Shown here in pieces: positions 1 to 9,480 of a stretch of DNA of 64,000 bases. The notes below the pieces were generated by a model, which was not told the origin of the DNA, did no database searches, and saw only the letters and a program-made list of their open reading frames with translations. The stretch is from an uncultured bacterium (lineage in GTDB: Bacteria > Pseudomonadota > Gammaproteobacteria > Burkholderiales > CAIKXV01). The stretch lies in the NCBI GenBank assembly GCA_903873475.1, contig CAIQON010000208.1, positions 628 through 64,627 on the forward strand, read 5' to 3'. How positions within the stretch are numbered: the stretch's first letter is position 1; every line of letters begins with the position of its first letter. The translations under genes and the position numbers were made by a program.

Positions 1-142
1 CACGATGTATGAACACTTTGCCTCATATGCGCTCAGCGAGGCCTGACCCCTCGATCAAGCGGAGCGCAAACGGCGTGCCGCCAGGCCCGCTTAGCTCGAT
101 CACGAGGTCGCTCTTGTTGCATCAAGCTATAGTGGAGGGTCC

Positions 143-346
143 ATGAGCAATTCGGCGCGCATCTTCTCCGCCGTGTTCGGTGCCCTTCTCATTGGCGTCG
201 CTCTATTTGCGCTTTTCCAAGATCATCTTTCTTTCGCATGGCGTCTGGGTGGCGGCTTCCTCTTGGTACTCCTGGGCTCCAACTCGCTCTGGGCTGCATA
301 CCGAGGTAAGGCATCCTGGCTGTCGCGTTTGGGCCCACTGCCGTAA
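143..346 (+). CDS. hypothetical small membrane protein (67 aa)
   Basis: ORF track 143..346. ATG is preceded by GGAGG about 5 nt upstream. Two hydrophobic helices (IFSAVFGALLIGVALFALF, GGFLLVLLGSNSLWAA). No family recognised. Confidence 0.4.
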   Translation: MSNSARIFSAVFGALLIGVALFALFQDHLSFAWRLGGGFLLVLLGSNSLWAAYRGKASWLSRLGPLP

Positions 347-529
347 TGCTCAACACGACATCGCGCAGCAGTGTGTCAACTTCCTGCGTGAGCTTTTCTG
401 ACCCGCGAGACCAAGCATGGGCGCACAGCGCGATCCAGAGCGCTTTCGGAAATCGAAAGTGAAAACCAGGAAGCCCGACGGCGCGAAACACGAGGCGATC
501 ACATCATCCTGGCTCCACGTTTGTCGCCA

Positions 530-1966
530 ATGAAAGCTACCCGGTCGCAATTTGGACGCAGGGCGTTTCTGGAGGCGATTGCGCTTTCCGGAGTTGCAGT
601 GACTGTTCCGCGAGCCTACGCGCAGGATCTGCAACGGGTGACGATCAACGATGTCACCCGCCTCAATCCGGTTTCCGTGGCGCGCCAGGTGCAGCCCTCA
701 TCGGCTGATGAAGTACAGAAGGCCGTAAAGACGTGGCCGGGCGCGCTGTCTGTTGGTGGTGGTCGGTTCAGCATGGGTGGCCAGATCGCCGCACCCGACT
801 CTCTGCACATCGACATGCGCGCCTTGAGCGGGGTCGTTGCCTATTCCCCGGAGAACCGTTTCATCCGGGTGCAGGCTGGCATTACGTGGCGTGCAATCCA
901 GGATCGCATCGATCAACACGGACAATCCGTGAAGATCATGCAGAGCTATTCCAACTTCACCGTCGGCGGATCGGTATCCGTGAACTGCCATGGACGGTAC
1001 GTCGGACGCGGTGCGTTGGTGAACTCGCTGCGCGCGTTGCAACTGGTGCTACCTGACGGCGAGGTGGTCGAGGCTACACGTGAGCGTAATGCCGAGTTGT
1101 TCCGTGCTGCCATAGGCGGGTACGGAGGCGTGGGTATCGTCACCGAGGTCGAGCTGGATCTGGACGACAACACTCGGATCGAGCGGATGGTGAAGTCGGT
1201 TTCGCTGCAAGACTATCCAGCCTGGTTTCGGCAGGAAGTGCTTCGGAACGAGGCCGCCGTGTTGCATAACGCGGACCTCTCGCCGCCATACTTCGATGCG
1301 CCGACGGCGATCAGTTGGCTTCGGACCGAGAAGCCGCTAACGGAGCTACGTCGCCTTGTCCCGCGTGGCTTGCGCTACTCACAGGAGCAGAACGTCATCT
1401 GGGCAGTGTCCGAGCTGCCGGGCGGCGGGGCAATTCGAAGTGCAGTGGAGAAGTCGCTTCTTCAGAAACCAGCGGTCGTATGGAGAAACTTCGAAGCAAG
1501 CATGGACAACGCGTCGCTTGAACCCAGGACACGTTCAGTATCAACGTTCGTGCTTCAGGAATACTTCATTCCTGTCGCGAATTTTCTTCCGTTCGTGCGG
1601 CAAATGGCTGCAATCCTGCGAGGACGCGAGACCGGCGTCCTCAACGTCTCTATTCGGCATGCGCCTGCTGACATGACCAGCATGCTGACTTGGGCGCCGA
1701 CGGAAGTTTTCTGCTTCGTGCTTTACTACAAACAACGTGTGACCGAGTCAGCCAGCAGGGCGGTCGAAGTATGGACGCGTGAGCTGGTGGACCTTGCGCT
1801 GCGCAACGGTGGGCGCTACTACTTGCCGTATCGGCTGCACGCGACCAGAGATCAGTTCGTGCGCGCATATCCGGAATCCGCGCAATTTGCGCTTCTCAAG
1901 AAGAAGCTGGACCCGGGCAACCGGCTGCGCAATCTGCTTTGGGATCGCTACCTGCAGGGCGCGTGA
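530..1966 (+). CDS. Tat-exported FAD-binding (PCMH / FAD_binding_4 type) oxidoreductase
   Basis: ORF 521..1966 begins at a TTG. The in-frame ATG at 530 gives MKATRSQFGRRAFLEAIALSGVAVTVPRAYA, a twin-arginine signal with an AYA cleavage site. FAD-oxidase-like core: GGGRFSMGGQ, GITWRAIQDRI, FTVGGSVSVNCHG, GGYGGVGIVTEVEL. Confidence 0.8.
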   Translation: MKATRSQFGRRAFLEAIALSGVAVTVPRAYAQDLQRVTINDVTRLNPVSVARQVQPSSADEVQKAVKTWPGALSVGGGRFSMGGQIAAPDSLHIDMRALSGVVAYSPENRFIRVQAGITWRAIQDRIDQHGQSVKIMQSYSNFTVGGSVSVNCHGRYVGRGALVNSLRALQLVLPDGEVVEATRERNAELFRAAIGGYGGVGIVTEVELDLDDNTRIERMVKSVSLQDYPAWFRQEVLRNEAAVLHNADLSPPYFDAPTAISWLRTEKPLTELRRLVPRGLRYSQEQNVIWAVSELPGGGAIRSAVEKSLLQKPAVVWRNFEASMDNASLEPRTRSVSTFVLQEYFIPVANFLPFVRQMAAILRGRETGVLNVSIRHAPADMTSMLTWAPTEVFCFVLYYKQRVTESASRAVEVWTRELVDLALRNGGRYYLPYRLHATRDQFVRAYPESAQFALLKKKLDPGNRLRNLLWDRYLQGA

Positions 1967-2054
1967 GCGGAACGTCGTTGAACAACAAAGTCTTCCGCGC
2001 ATGAGAGCGCCTGCGGCTGGTGATACCACGCATCACAACCCGAGGGACACGATC

Positions 2055-2573
2055 ATGAACGAAGCGCGCCCATCGCCCGTCATACCCATTTGTCTTGTGA
2101 TCGGGGCAGTTCTAGGCCTCGGCGGCTCATTTGCGCCATCTGCATCCTTGCGCGGGTTGGCCTGGGGAATCGATGGGATCGCCTTGATTGTGGCCGCGGC
2201 GCTGCTGGCAACCCATCTTCTTCGCCGTGGGCAGGATACCGTCGCTGCGGGCTTCCTCATCTTCATTGCAGGCCAGAGCCTGGTCGTCTCCGGTTCCGCC
2301 CTTTCGCTGGAGGCCAGCGCGGCCGTGTTCGGGGCCGGCGCTGGCCTCTGGGCCGCCGCCCTGCTGGTCATCAGCGCGCCCGACTTGATGCCGAAGGCGG
2401 TTCGAATCGTCGGTTGTGCGGCGGCACTCCTGCTAGCAGCCACTGCGGTTCAGATTTTTGCCGGTCGCGGTCTGACGCCCCTGTCCGAGCCCTTGCCGTT
2501 TTTCGCCTATCCCCTCCTGGTGTGCACCCTGCTTGGTTGGGCATGGTGGTGCCGACAGCCAACGGCAACGTAA
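2055..2573 (+). CDS. hypothetical polytopic membrane protein (172 aa)
   Basis: Internal ATG at 2055 of ORF 1779..2573, preceded by GAGGGA. The product is almost entirely hydrophobic Ala/Leu/Gly-rich helices. The 5' extension of the ORF is Arg/Cys-rich nonsense. Confidence 0.55.
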   Translation: MNEARPSPVIPICLVIGAVLGLGGSFAPSASLRGLAWGIDGIALIVAAALLATHLLRRGQDTVAAGFLIFIAGQSLVVSGSALSLEASAAVFGAGAGLWAAALLVISAPDLMPKAVRIVGCAAALLLAATAVQIFAGRGLTPLSEPLPFFAYPLLVCTLLGWAWWCRQPTAT

Positions 2574-2629
2574 TGTGCCCCCCGTAGCATGACCGCGAGG
2601 GCAGCAGCCTTCTTCATCGGCCAGACTCC

Positions 2630-3469
2630 TTGGCCAACGACGGCCCGGTGCGGGACGAGGATCTCTGCGTCGCCTGCGCGGCTGGGGTTGACGTCAGTCC
2701 CGCGAAACCGACGTCCTTCAAAGCCTCCGACCTTGATCCACCCCGCTTGGAACTGATCCTCGTCCTTGCCGTCGGCCTGGTGGCGGGCACGATCAGCGGC
2801 ATCGTCGGCACCGGCGCGTCGCTGATCCTGATGCCGATCCTGGTAGTCTGCTTCGGTCCGCAGCAGGCGGTGCCGATCATGGCGATCGCCGCAGTGCTGG
2901 GCAACATCGGCAAGGTGCTCGCGTGGTGGCGCGTGGTCGACTGGCGCGCGTGCGGGGCCTACAGCGCGACCGCTGTGCCATGCGCGATCCTGGGCGTGAA
3001 GACGCTGCTCGCGGTGCCGCCACGGGCGATAGAGGTCGCGCTCGGCGCGTTCTTCATCGCGATGGTGCCGGCGCGACGCTGGTTCCACCGCCGGCGGCTT
3101 CACCTGTCGCACCGGGACCTGGCGCTGCTCGGTGCGCCGGTGGGCTTCCTCACCGGCATCGTCGTGTCGACAGGTCCGATCCAGGTGCCGATCTTCATCG
3201 GCGCCGGGCTGGAGAAGGGCGCGTTCATCGCCACCGAAGCAGCGGCATCGTGCATCGTCTACTTCACGAAGGTTCTGGCCTTCGGCATGGCGGATGCGCT
3301 GGGCACAGATACGATCCTGAAGGGGCTGGCGGTCGGCGGTTCGATGATGGCTGGCGCGTTCGTCTCGCGGCGCATCCTGCAGCGGATGACGCCGCACGAG
3401 TTCAGGCATCTGATCGATGCGCTGATGATCGTGTCCGGGCTGTCGATGTTCTGGGTGGCGTTCCGATGA
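2630..3469 (+). CDS. TauE/SafE (TSUP) family sulfite/anion exporter-like membrane protein
   Basis: ORF 2630..3469 (TTG start). TSUP-type repeats: VGLVAGTISGIVGTGASLILMPILV and PVGFLTGIVVSTGPIQVPIFIGAGL. The true start is uncertain; an in-frame TTG at 2747 just before the first TM helix is an alternative. Confidence 0.75.
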   Translation: MANDGPVRDEDLCVACAAGVDVSPAKPTSFKASDLDPPRLELILVLAVGLVAGTISGIVGTGASLILMPILVVCFGPQQAVPIMAIAAVLGNIGKVLAWWRVVDWRACGAYSATAVPCAILGVKTLLAVPPRAIEVALGAFFIAMVPARRWFHRRRLHLSHRDLALLGAPVGFLTGIVVSTGPIQVPIFIGAGLEKGAFIATEAAASCIVYFTKVLAFGMADALGTDTILKGLAVGGSMMAGAFVSRRILQRMTPHEFRHLIDALMIVSGLSMFWVAFR

Positions 3470-3553
3470 CGGCCAGCGTCCACCCCCTCCGCGGCGACCC
3501 AGGTGAAGCGCATCGAGAAGCCGGCGCGCTGGGCCTCTGACCGCGCCCAGGCG

Positions 3554-4546
3554 TCACTGCTCGGCCTTGACCCCCGCCTCGACCACGATCTTCCCGAACT
3601 TCGTCGACTCGGCCCGGATGAACTCGCGGAACTGGTCCGGCGTGGTCGGCGACGGCTCGAAGCCGTTCTCGCGCAGCTTGGCGACGATCTCCGGCACCTT
3701 CAGCGCTGCGACTGCCGCGCCGTTAAGCGTCTTCACGATCGCCGGCGGCGTGCCGGCCGGCAGCATCAGGCCGAAGAAGTTGATCACCTCGAAACCGGCG
3801 AGCCCCGGGGTATCGGAGATCGGCGGCACGTTGGGCAGTGCCGACACCCGCGTGGAAGAGGTCACGCCGATCGCGCGCAGCCGGCCGCTCTCGATGAACG
3901 GCAGGGCGGCTCCGATCGACACGAAGGTCATCGTGATGTGCTTGCCGACGACATCGGCGATCTGCGGTGCAGCGCCCTTGTACGGCACGTGGATGATCTT
4001 CACGCCGGCCATCCGGTTGAACAGCTCGCCGGTGAGCTGCTGCGGATTGCCGATGCCGCTCGATGAGAAGGTGAGCTTGCCCGACTGCTGCTTCGCCCAG
4101 GTGATCAGCTCGGCGACGGTGCGCGCCGGTACGTCCGGGTTCACCGCCAGCACGTTGGGCACCCGCACCATCATCGTCAGCGGGATGAGGTCGGTGTCCC
4201 AGTCGTAGGCCATCGGCTTGTACAGATGCGGGTTCACCGCCACCTCGCCGGAGTTGGCCAGGATGGTGTAGCCGTCGGGCTTCGACTTCGCGACAAACTG
4301 GGTGCCGATCATGCCGCTGGCGCCGGCGCGGTTCTCGACCACGATCGGCACGCCGAGCGTCTGGCGCATGTGTTCGGCGACCAGTCGCGCGGTAAGGTCG
4401 GTTCCGCCGCCGGCCGGAAAGGCCACCACCATGCGGATCGACTGGCTCGGAAAGGCCTGGGCGTACACGATGCCGGGCAGGGACGACGCGACGATGGCGA
4501 TCAGTACGGCACGGCTGCGAAGGGTGTTCGATGGCGAGCGATTCAT
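3554..4546 (-). CDS. Bug/TctC-family tripartite tricarboxylate transporter substrate-binding protein (330 aa)
   Basis: C-terminal part of ORF 3554..5809. ATG at 4546 with GGAGGA upstream. Signal peptide ...SSLPGIVYAQA. Bug motifs: FPAGGGTDLTAR, VVENRAGASG, KPDGYT, HVPYKGAAP, GRLRAIGVTS, PTISD-like PPISDTPGLAGFE. Confidence 0.9.
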   Translation of the reverse strand: MNRSPSNTLRSRAVLIAIVASSLPGIVYAQAFPSQSIRMVVAFPAGGGTDLTARLVAEHMRQTLGVPIVVENRAGASGMIGTQFVAKSKPDGYTILANSGEVAVNPHLYKPMAYDWDTDLIPLTMMVRVPNVLAVNPDVPARTVAELITWAKQQSGKLTFSSSGIGNPQQLTGELFNRMAGVKIIHVPYKGAAPQIADVVGKHITMTFVSIGAALPFIESGRLRAIGVTSSTRVSALPNVPPISDTPGLAGFEVINFFGLMLPAGTPPAIVKTLNGAAVAALKVPEIVAKLRENGFEPSPTTPDQFREFIRAESTKFGKIVVEAGVKAEQ

Positions 4547-4840
4547 CGCTTCTGTCCTCCTACGGTGGGAAAGCGGGTCGCCTGTCCGGTTCGCTCGCGG
4601 AAGATGTCTCGCGCGCGCGAACCGGACACGCCGACCGCTTTCGATCAGGAGAGCGTACATGGACATCCGCATCGCGTACTGCGGCGCCTGAAAATACCAG
4701 GCGCGGGCCGCCAGACTGGCGGCCGAACGCGAGCAGCGCCAGGCCGCGCATCCGCCGCGCGGGTACCATCGCCCCTGCGCCTTCGGAGCGGCCATGCCCG
4801 CGCAACGGTGCAGCCCGCCTCCCTTCCTCGATCGACATAC

Positions 4841-5848
4841 ATGACGCAGACATCCCTTCCAAAGGTCGCCATCCTCGCCACTGGCGGCACCATCGCGGGA
4901 CGCGCCGGTTCGAGCCTGTCGCACGAGTACAAGGCGGGCTCCGCGACCGGCGCCGAACTCGTCGATGCGGTGCCCGAACTCGCCCGGGTCGCCGAGGTGC
5001 AGGTCGAGCAGGTCTGCAATATCGCCAGCTCGAACATGGTGTTCGAGGTCTGGCGTACGCTGGCTGCGCGCATCGATGCGCTGTTCTTGGCCGACCCCGA
5101 CCTCGCAGGCATCGTCGTCACGCACGGTACCAACACGCTGGAAGAGACGGCGTACTTCCTGAACCTCACCGTACGCCACGATCGGCCGGTCGTGCTGGTG
5201 GGTTCGCAGCGGCCGGCGACGGCGCTCAGCCCCGACGGTCCATTGAACCTGGTCAACGCGGTGCGCGTGGCGGCCTGCCCGGACTCCCGCAGCCGCGGCG
5301 TTCTGGTGATGCTCAACGACGAGATCAATGCTGCGCGCGACGTCACCAAGACCAACACCTACCGGGTCGAGACGTTCAGGTCGGGCGACCTCGGCTTCAT
5401 CGGCTATGCGGACGCTGACCGGGTGGCCTACTACCGGCGCCCCGAGAAGCGGCACACGGTCGACTCGGAGTTCGCGGCCGTTCCGGTCGGTGCGCTGCCG
5501 AAGGTCGAGATCGTCTACGGCTATGTCGAATCGGATGCGCGCGTGGTGATCGATGCGCTGCGGGCGGCCAGTACCCGGGGCTTCGTCTTCACCGGCACCG
5601 GCGCAGGGATGCTGTCGGATGTCGAGAAGGAGATCGTGGCGCAGTCGCAGGCGCGGGGCGACGGCCTCGTCTTCGTGCGCTCGAACCGGCTCGGCAACGG
5701 TCGCGTGCTGGCCCACGGTGAACACGACGACCTGGGCATCGTGCCGGCGGACAACCTCAATCCGCAGAAGGCGCGCATCCTGTTGATGTGCGCACTCGCG
5801 CGAACACACGACCTCGCGGAGATCCGCCGGATCTTCACGCAGTACTGA
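4841..5848 (+). CDS. L-asparaginase (type II-like fold, no signal peptide; 335 aa)
   Basis: Internal ATG at 4841 of ORF 4226..5848. Asparaginase signatures: KVAILATGGTIAG (catalytic Thr motif), GIVVTHGTNTLEETAYFL (second Thr motif), VLVGSQRP. Confidence 0.9.
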   Translation: MTQTSLPKVAILATGGTIAGRAGSSLSHEYKAGSATGAELVDAVPELARVAEVQVEQVCNIASSNMVFEVWRTLAARIDALFLADPDLAGIVVTHGTNTLEETAYFLNLTVRHDRPVVLVGSQRPATALSPDGPLNLVNAVRVAACPDSRSRGVLVMLNDEINAARDVTKTNTYRVETFRSGDLGFIGYADADRVAYYRRPEKRHTVDSEFAAVPVGALPKVEIVYGYVESDARVVIDALRAASTRGFVFTGTGAGMLSDVEKEIVAQSQARGDGLVFVRSNRLGNGRVLAHGEHDDLGIVPADNLNPQKARILLMCALARTHDLAEIRRIFTQY

Positions 5849-5901
5849 GCCTCAGGGCCCAGGATGACGTACTGCACGTACTGCATCGCCGGACCGTTGT
5901 C

Positions 5902-6246
5902 GTGACGCGCGCCTCGCTGGTTCCGTACGCATGGGTGCTGGGCATCGTCCTGCTGCTGGTGCTGGGCACCGCGACCGCGGTGTCGATGCGCTTCCTGCGC
6001 AGCGTGAAGCGCGACCTGCCTTCGCTGCATGCGGAGCTTGGGCGCCCGGGCGCGCTCTACTTCGTCACCCTCGGCTGGCTCACGCCATCGAGGTTCGGCA
6101 TCTGGCTGCTGACGCGTCCGGCGACGTTCCATGCGCTGCATGCACCCCTGCGGCAGGATGCCGCCCGGCTGCGCCTGCTGCTGCTGCTTGCCTTCGCGCT
6201 ATGGGCAGTCGCGGTGGCGATGGTGGTCGCCAGCGGGTTCCTCTGA
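5902..6246 (+). CDS. hypothetical membrane protein
   Basis: Frame of ORF 5788..6246, whose first 60 nt overlap the asparaginase gene. In-frame GTG candidates at 5902 and 5935. Hydrophobic helices WVLGIVLLLVLGTATAV and LLLLLAFALWAVAVAMVVASGF. No family recognised. Confidence 0.35.
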   Translation: MTRASLVPYAWVLGIVLLLVLGTATAVSMRFLRSVKRDLPSLHAELGRPGALYFVTLGWLTPSRFGIWLLTRPATFHALHAPLRQDAARLRLLLLLAFALWAVAVAMVVASGFL

Positions 6247-6301
6247 TCCGATCCGGAGCGCCGGATGCACGGATCACGGTTCCTCACGCTGCCTGCGCGC
6301 T

Positions 6302-7276
6302 TCACTGCAGCGTCAGCCCGGTATCCCGGATCAGCCGGCCCCAGGTGTCGATCTCGCGTGCGAGGTGGCGTGCCAGCAGTTCCGGCGGACCGGTGAACGT
6401 GTCCAGTCCCTGCCCGACCAGCCGCTCCCGGATCGCCGGCTCGTTCATCAGCGCATTGAACTCGCCGTTCAGCCGTCCGATTGCCGCGGCCGGCGTGGCG
6501 GACGGCGCGAACACGCCGAACCAGCCGGCGGCCTGGAAGCCGGGCACGCCGGCTTCCTCGATGGTCGGCAGTTCCGGCATCACGGCCGAGCGGGTCGCGC
6601 TGGTCACGGCGAGCGCACGCAACGCACCGCTGCGGATGTAGGGCGCGAGGATAAGCACGTTGTCGAACGCCGCATGCAGGCGGCCCGCAAGCAGGTCGGG
6701 CACCACCTGTCCGGTGCCCTTGTAGGGCACGTAGAGCAGGTCGATGCCGGCCATCCGGTTCAGGTGCTCGCCCGCGAGGCGCTGCAGCGAGCCCGGCGTC
6801 GATCCCGCGAAGTTCAGCCGGCCCGGGTTGGCCTTCGCATGCGCGACCAGGTCGCGCACCGATTTCACCGGCAGGACCGGCTGTACGACCAGCACATACG
6901 GCGAGGTACCGATCATCGCCACCGGCGCGAGGTCCTTCTGCGCATGCACCGGGGCCTTCGGCATCAGCGCGTTCAGGGTACCGAGGGAGCCCGCGGCCAT
7001 CAGCAGCGTGTGTGCGTCGGGCAGTGCGCGCGCGACCATCTCGACCCCGATCACGCCGCTGCCGCCGGGACGGTTGTCGACCAGCACCGGCTGTCCGATA
7101 CGCTCCGCGAGGCGGGCGCCGACGATGCGCGCGATCACGTCGGTGCTGCCGCCCGCCGCGACCGCGACCACCATGCGCAGCGGCCGGGCGGGACCGGACT
7201 GGCCGTGCGCGGCACCACCGAGCGTGGCGAGCGCGAGCGCTGCCGCGGCAAGGCCGCAGGCGCTGCTGCATTGCAT
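6302..7276 (-). CDS. Bug/TctC-family substrate-binding protein (324 aa)
   Basis: ORF 6302..7300. ATG at 7276 (MQCSS...) has AGGAGGAG 6 nt upstream. Signal peptide ends AAHGQ. Bug motifs: AAGGSTDVIAR, VDNRPGGSG, YVPYKGTGQ, GALRALAVTS, PTIEEAGVPGF. Confidence 0.9.
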   Translation of the reverse strand: MQCSSACGLAAAALALATLGGAAHGQSGPARPLRMVVAVAAGGSTDVIARIVGARLAERIGQPVLVDNRPGGSGVIGVEMVARALPDAHTLLMAAGSLGTLNALMPKAPVHAQKDLAPVAMIGTSPYVLVVQPVLPVKSVRDLVAHAKANPGRLNFAGSTPGSLQRLAGEHLNRMAGIDLLYVPYKGTGQVVPDLLAGRLHAAFDNVLILAPYIRSGALRALAVTSATRSAVMPELPTIEEAGVPGFQAAGWFGVFAPSATPAAAIGRLNGEFNALMNEPAIRERLVGQGLDTFTGPPELLARHLAREIDTWGRLIRDTGLTLQ

Positions 7277-7420
7277 GGTTGCTCCTCCTGGACGCTGCAC
7301 GGCTGCCCTTGCGTTCTGGCATGCTCGCGTGCGTCATTATCGAACCCGTGGCCGGTCCACATCAAGCGCAGAGGCGAAGCCGTTGCTCGACGAGATCATC
7401 AACTACCGGCAGCCCGGGCC

Positions 7421-7996
7421 ATGCCTCGCGGCAGCGAAACCCCGTACGATCGCGCGGTGATTCCCGTCCGTACGCTGCTGCTCTGCCTGTCCCTCACGCC
7501 TGCCCTGCCGCTGGCAGCCGTCCTGGCGATGCCTGCGCCCCTGCATGCGGCGACGCTGGTCGAGCGCGCACGCAAGGACGAGCCGGCCGCGATGCCCGAC
7601 GACGATCCGGCGATGCGCAAGGCGTTCGACGCCGCGCGTGCCGGCCTCGACGGATTCCTCGCCAAGCTGGCGTCGCCACCGGCCGGCAGCGGCGGCTTCG
7701 CGGTGAAGGTAGGCATCCGCAGCGGCAGCGACCTCGAGTACGTGTGGATCGGCAACCTGTCGATCGACGGCGAACGGCTCAGCGGCCGACTCGACAACGA
7801 GCCGCGCAGGGTGAAGACGCTCAAGGCCGGTGACGCCCACGCATTCACGAAGGCAGACATCGTGGACTGGCTCTATGTCGACCGTCCCCGGCGCCGCATG
7901 CACGGCAACTTCACTGCCTGCGCGCTGATGACGCGCGAACCCCCCAAGGAAGCCGCCGCGCTGCGCAGGCAGCTCGGACTGACCTGCAGCAGCTGA
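7421..7996 (+). CDS. DUF2314-like secreted protein (191 aa)
   Basis: Internal ATG at 7421 of ORF 6131..7996. Signal-like LLLCLSLTPALPLAAVLAMPAPLHA. C-terminal block LEYVWIGNLSIDGERLSGRLDNEP...DIVDWLY...GNFT resembles DUF2314 as I recall it. Confidence 0.65.
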   Translation: MPRGSETPYDRAVIPVRTLLLCLSLTPALPLAAVLAMPAPLHAATLVERARKDEPAAMPDDDPAMRKAFDAARAGLDGFLAKLASPPAGSGGFAVKVGIRSGSDLEYVWIGNLSIDGERLSGRLDNEPRRVKTLKAGDAHAFTKADIVDWLYVDRPRRRMHGNFTACALMTREPPKEAAALRRQLGLTCSS

Positions 7997-8066
7997 TGTT
8001 TCCCCGCCCGGCCCGCCTTGCACCGCGCCGGGGGTACGCCGAGAATAGGTGGGACAGAGGATCCCG

Positions 8067-9419
8067 ATGACCGCTTCCGATCCAGGCACGACGCCGATCA
8101 CGCTCGCCCTCGCACGCCGCATCAGCAACGCGAAGGCGTGCGACATCCCCCCGGAGGCCTTCCACCAGGCCCGGCGCTCGGTGCTCAACTGGCTCGGCGC
8201 CGCGCTCGGGGGCTGCCGCGACACCTCGGTCACGCATGCGCTGGCGATGGCCACCGAGTTCTCGGGCCCGCCGCAGTCGACCGTGGTCGGGCATGCCACG
8301 CGCATGGACAGCCTGAACGCTGCGCTGATCAACGGCACCAGCGGCAACATCCTCGACTTCGACGACACGCATGCGCACATCGTGCTGCATCCCTCGGCCT
8401 CGATCACCTGCGCGCTGTTCGCGCTGTCCGAGATCCGGCCGGTGGCCGGGCAGGCGCTGCTGCAGGCGCTGATCCTTGGCATCGAGCTGGAATCGCGCCT
8501 GCTCGATCCGCGTACCGCGTCCTACCGGTTCGCCTGGTCGCCCACCACGTCGGTGGCCTCGCTCGGTGCGGCGGCGGCCTGTGCATCCGCCCTCGGGCTG
8601 GACGAACTGAAGACCGCCTGGGCGCTTGGCCTGGCCGCAACCCAGGCTGGCGGGCTGCGCGAGACCGGCGGCTCGATGAGCAAGGCGTTCAATGCCGGGC
8701 ATGCCGCGCGCAGCGGGCTGGCAGCGGCGCTGCTTGCCGCACGCGGCTTCACCGGGGCGACCACCGCGATCGAAGGGCCGAAAGGGTTCATCGCCGCATT
8801 CGGTGAAGCGCGCGACCCCGCGTCGATGGTCGAGCACTGGAGCGACCCGTGGCAGGTGCTGATGAACACCTACAAGCCCTTCCCGTGCGGCATCGTCACC
8901 CATGCGGTGATCGACGGCTGCCTGCAACTGCATGCGGAAGGCATCGCAGCCGCAGGCATCTGTTCCGTGCAACTGGTCGTGCATCCGATGGCGATGCGGC
9001 TGACCGGGCGCGAAGCGCCGTCCAATCCGCTCGAGGCCAAGCTCAGCATCTTCCACGTCGCCGCGGCGGCGCTGCTGCGCGGGCGGGTCGGCGTGAAGGA
9101 GTTCCATCCCGAGTGCATCGCAGATCCGGCTATCCTGCAGCTGCGGGGCCGCATCGCTGCGCGGGTGGAGGAAGGCTTTGCCACCGACGAAGCGGAAGTC
9201 GTGCTGGTGCTGGACGATGGGCGCCACGTGGTGCGCCATGTCGACCATGCGGTCGGCAGCCTGTTACGGCCGATAGGCGATGCCGCACTGGAGGCGAAGT
9301 TCATGGACCTTGCCGACGGCGTGCTCACGCGGCCGTCAGCGGCCGCGCTGGCGGAACGGGTGTGGACGATGGACAGGCTCGACGACGCGTCGGAGGTGAT
9401 CAGGGCCAGCGCGGGCTGA
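8067..9419 (+). CDS. MmgE/PrpD family protein (450 aa)
   Basis: ORF 8049..9419. ATG at 8067 follows GAGGA. Length and N-terminal architecture (ARRISNAKACDIPPEAFHQARRSVLNWLGAALGG..., HPSASITCALFAL) are typical of the 2-methylcitrate dehydratase-like family. Confidence 0.85.
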   Translation: MTASDPGTTPITLALARRISNAKACDIPPEAFHQARRSVLNWLGAALGGCRDTSVTHALAMATEFSGPPQSTVVGHATRMDSLNAALINGTSGNILDFDDTHAHIVLHPSASITCALFALSEIRPVAGQALLQALILGIELESRLLDPRTASYRFAWSPTTSVASLGAAAACASALGLDELKTAWALGLAATQAGGLRETGGSMSKAFNAGHAARSGLAAALLAARGFTGATTAIEGPKGFIAAFGEARDPASMVEHWSDPWQVLMNTYKPFPCGIVTHAVIDGCLQLHAEGIAAAGICSVQLVVHPMAMRLTGREAPSNPLEAKLSIFHVAAAALLRGRVGVKEFHPECIADPAILQLRGRIAARVEEGFATDEAEVVLVLDDGRHVVRHVDHAVGSLLRPIGDAALEAKFMDLADGVLTRPSAAALAERVWTMDRLDDASEVIRASAG

Positions 9420-9480
9420 GCGTCCGCGGCCAGCCGCGCTGCGGCGTACGGCCCGCGCGCCCGCTGCCACCGGTTCGCGC

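Noticed and set aside
189-634. Minus-strand ORFs 189..491 and 350..634 at the left edge.
   Set aside because: No recognisable family and no SD. They overlap the better-supported plus-strand membrane ORF and the FAD-oxidase start. They may be remnants of something but cannot be supported.
2507-3409. Representative of many long ORFs in the track (also 6057..7337-, 7403..8482-, 7911..9248-, 18171..20321+, 30448..33924+, 38846..41164-, 46335..48566+, 56018..57871+, 58164..60041+) that could be read as large novel proteins.
   Set aside because: They are antisense or out of frame to ORFs with clear family motifs. Their translations are Arg/Pro/Gly/His-rich low-complexity strings with no start context. 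This is the usual consequence of ~70% GC, where stop codons are rare in all frames.
4547-5809. Long 5' extensions of real genes in the ORF track, suggesting giant fusion proteins (3554..5809, 12139..14049, 13587..14525, 15970..18621, 20257..23208, 26389..27963, 33106..34479, 46455..48920, 60648..62627).
   Set aside because: The extensions run through upstream genes or intergenic DNA in a non-coding frame. In each case an internal ATG/GTG with an SD, or a stop/start overlap, gives a protein of canonical family length, so the ORFs were trimmed.
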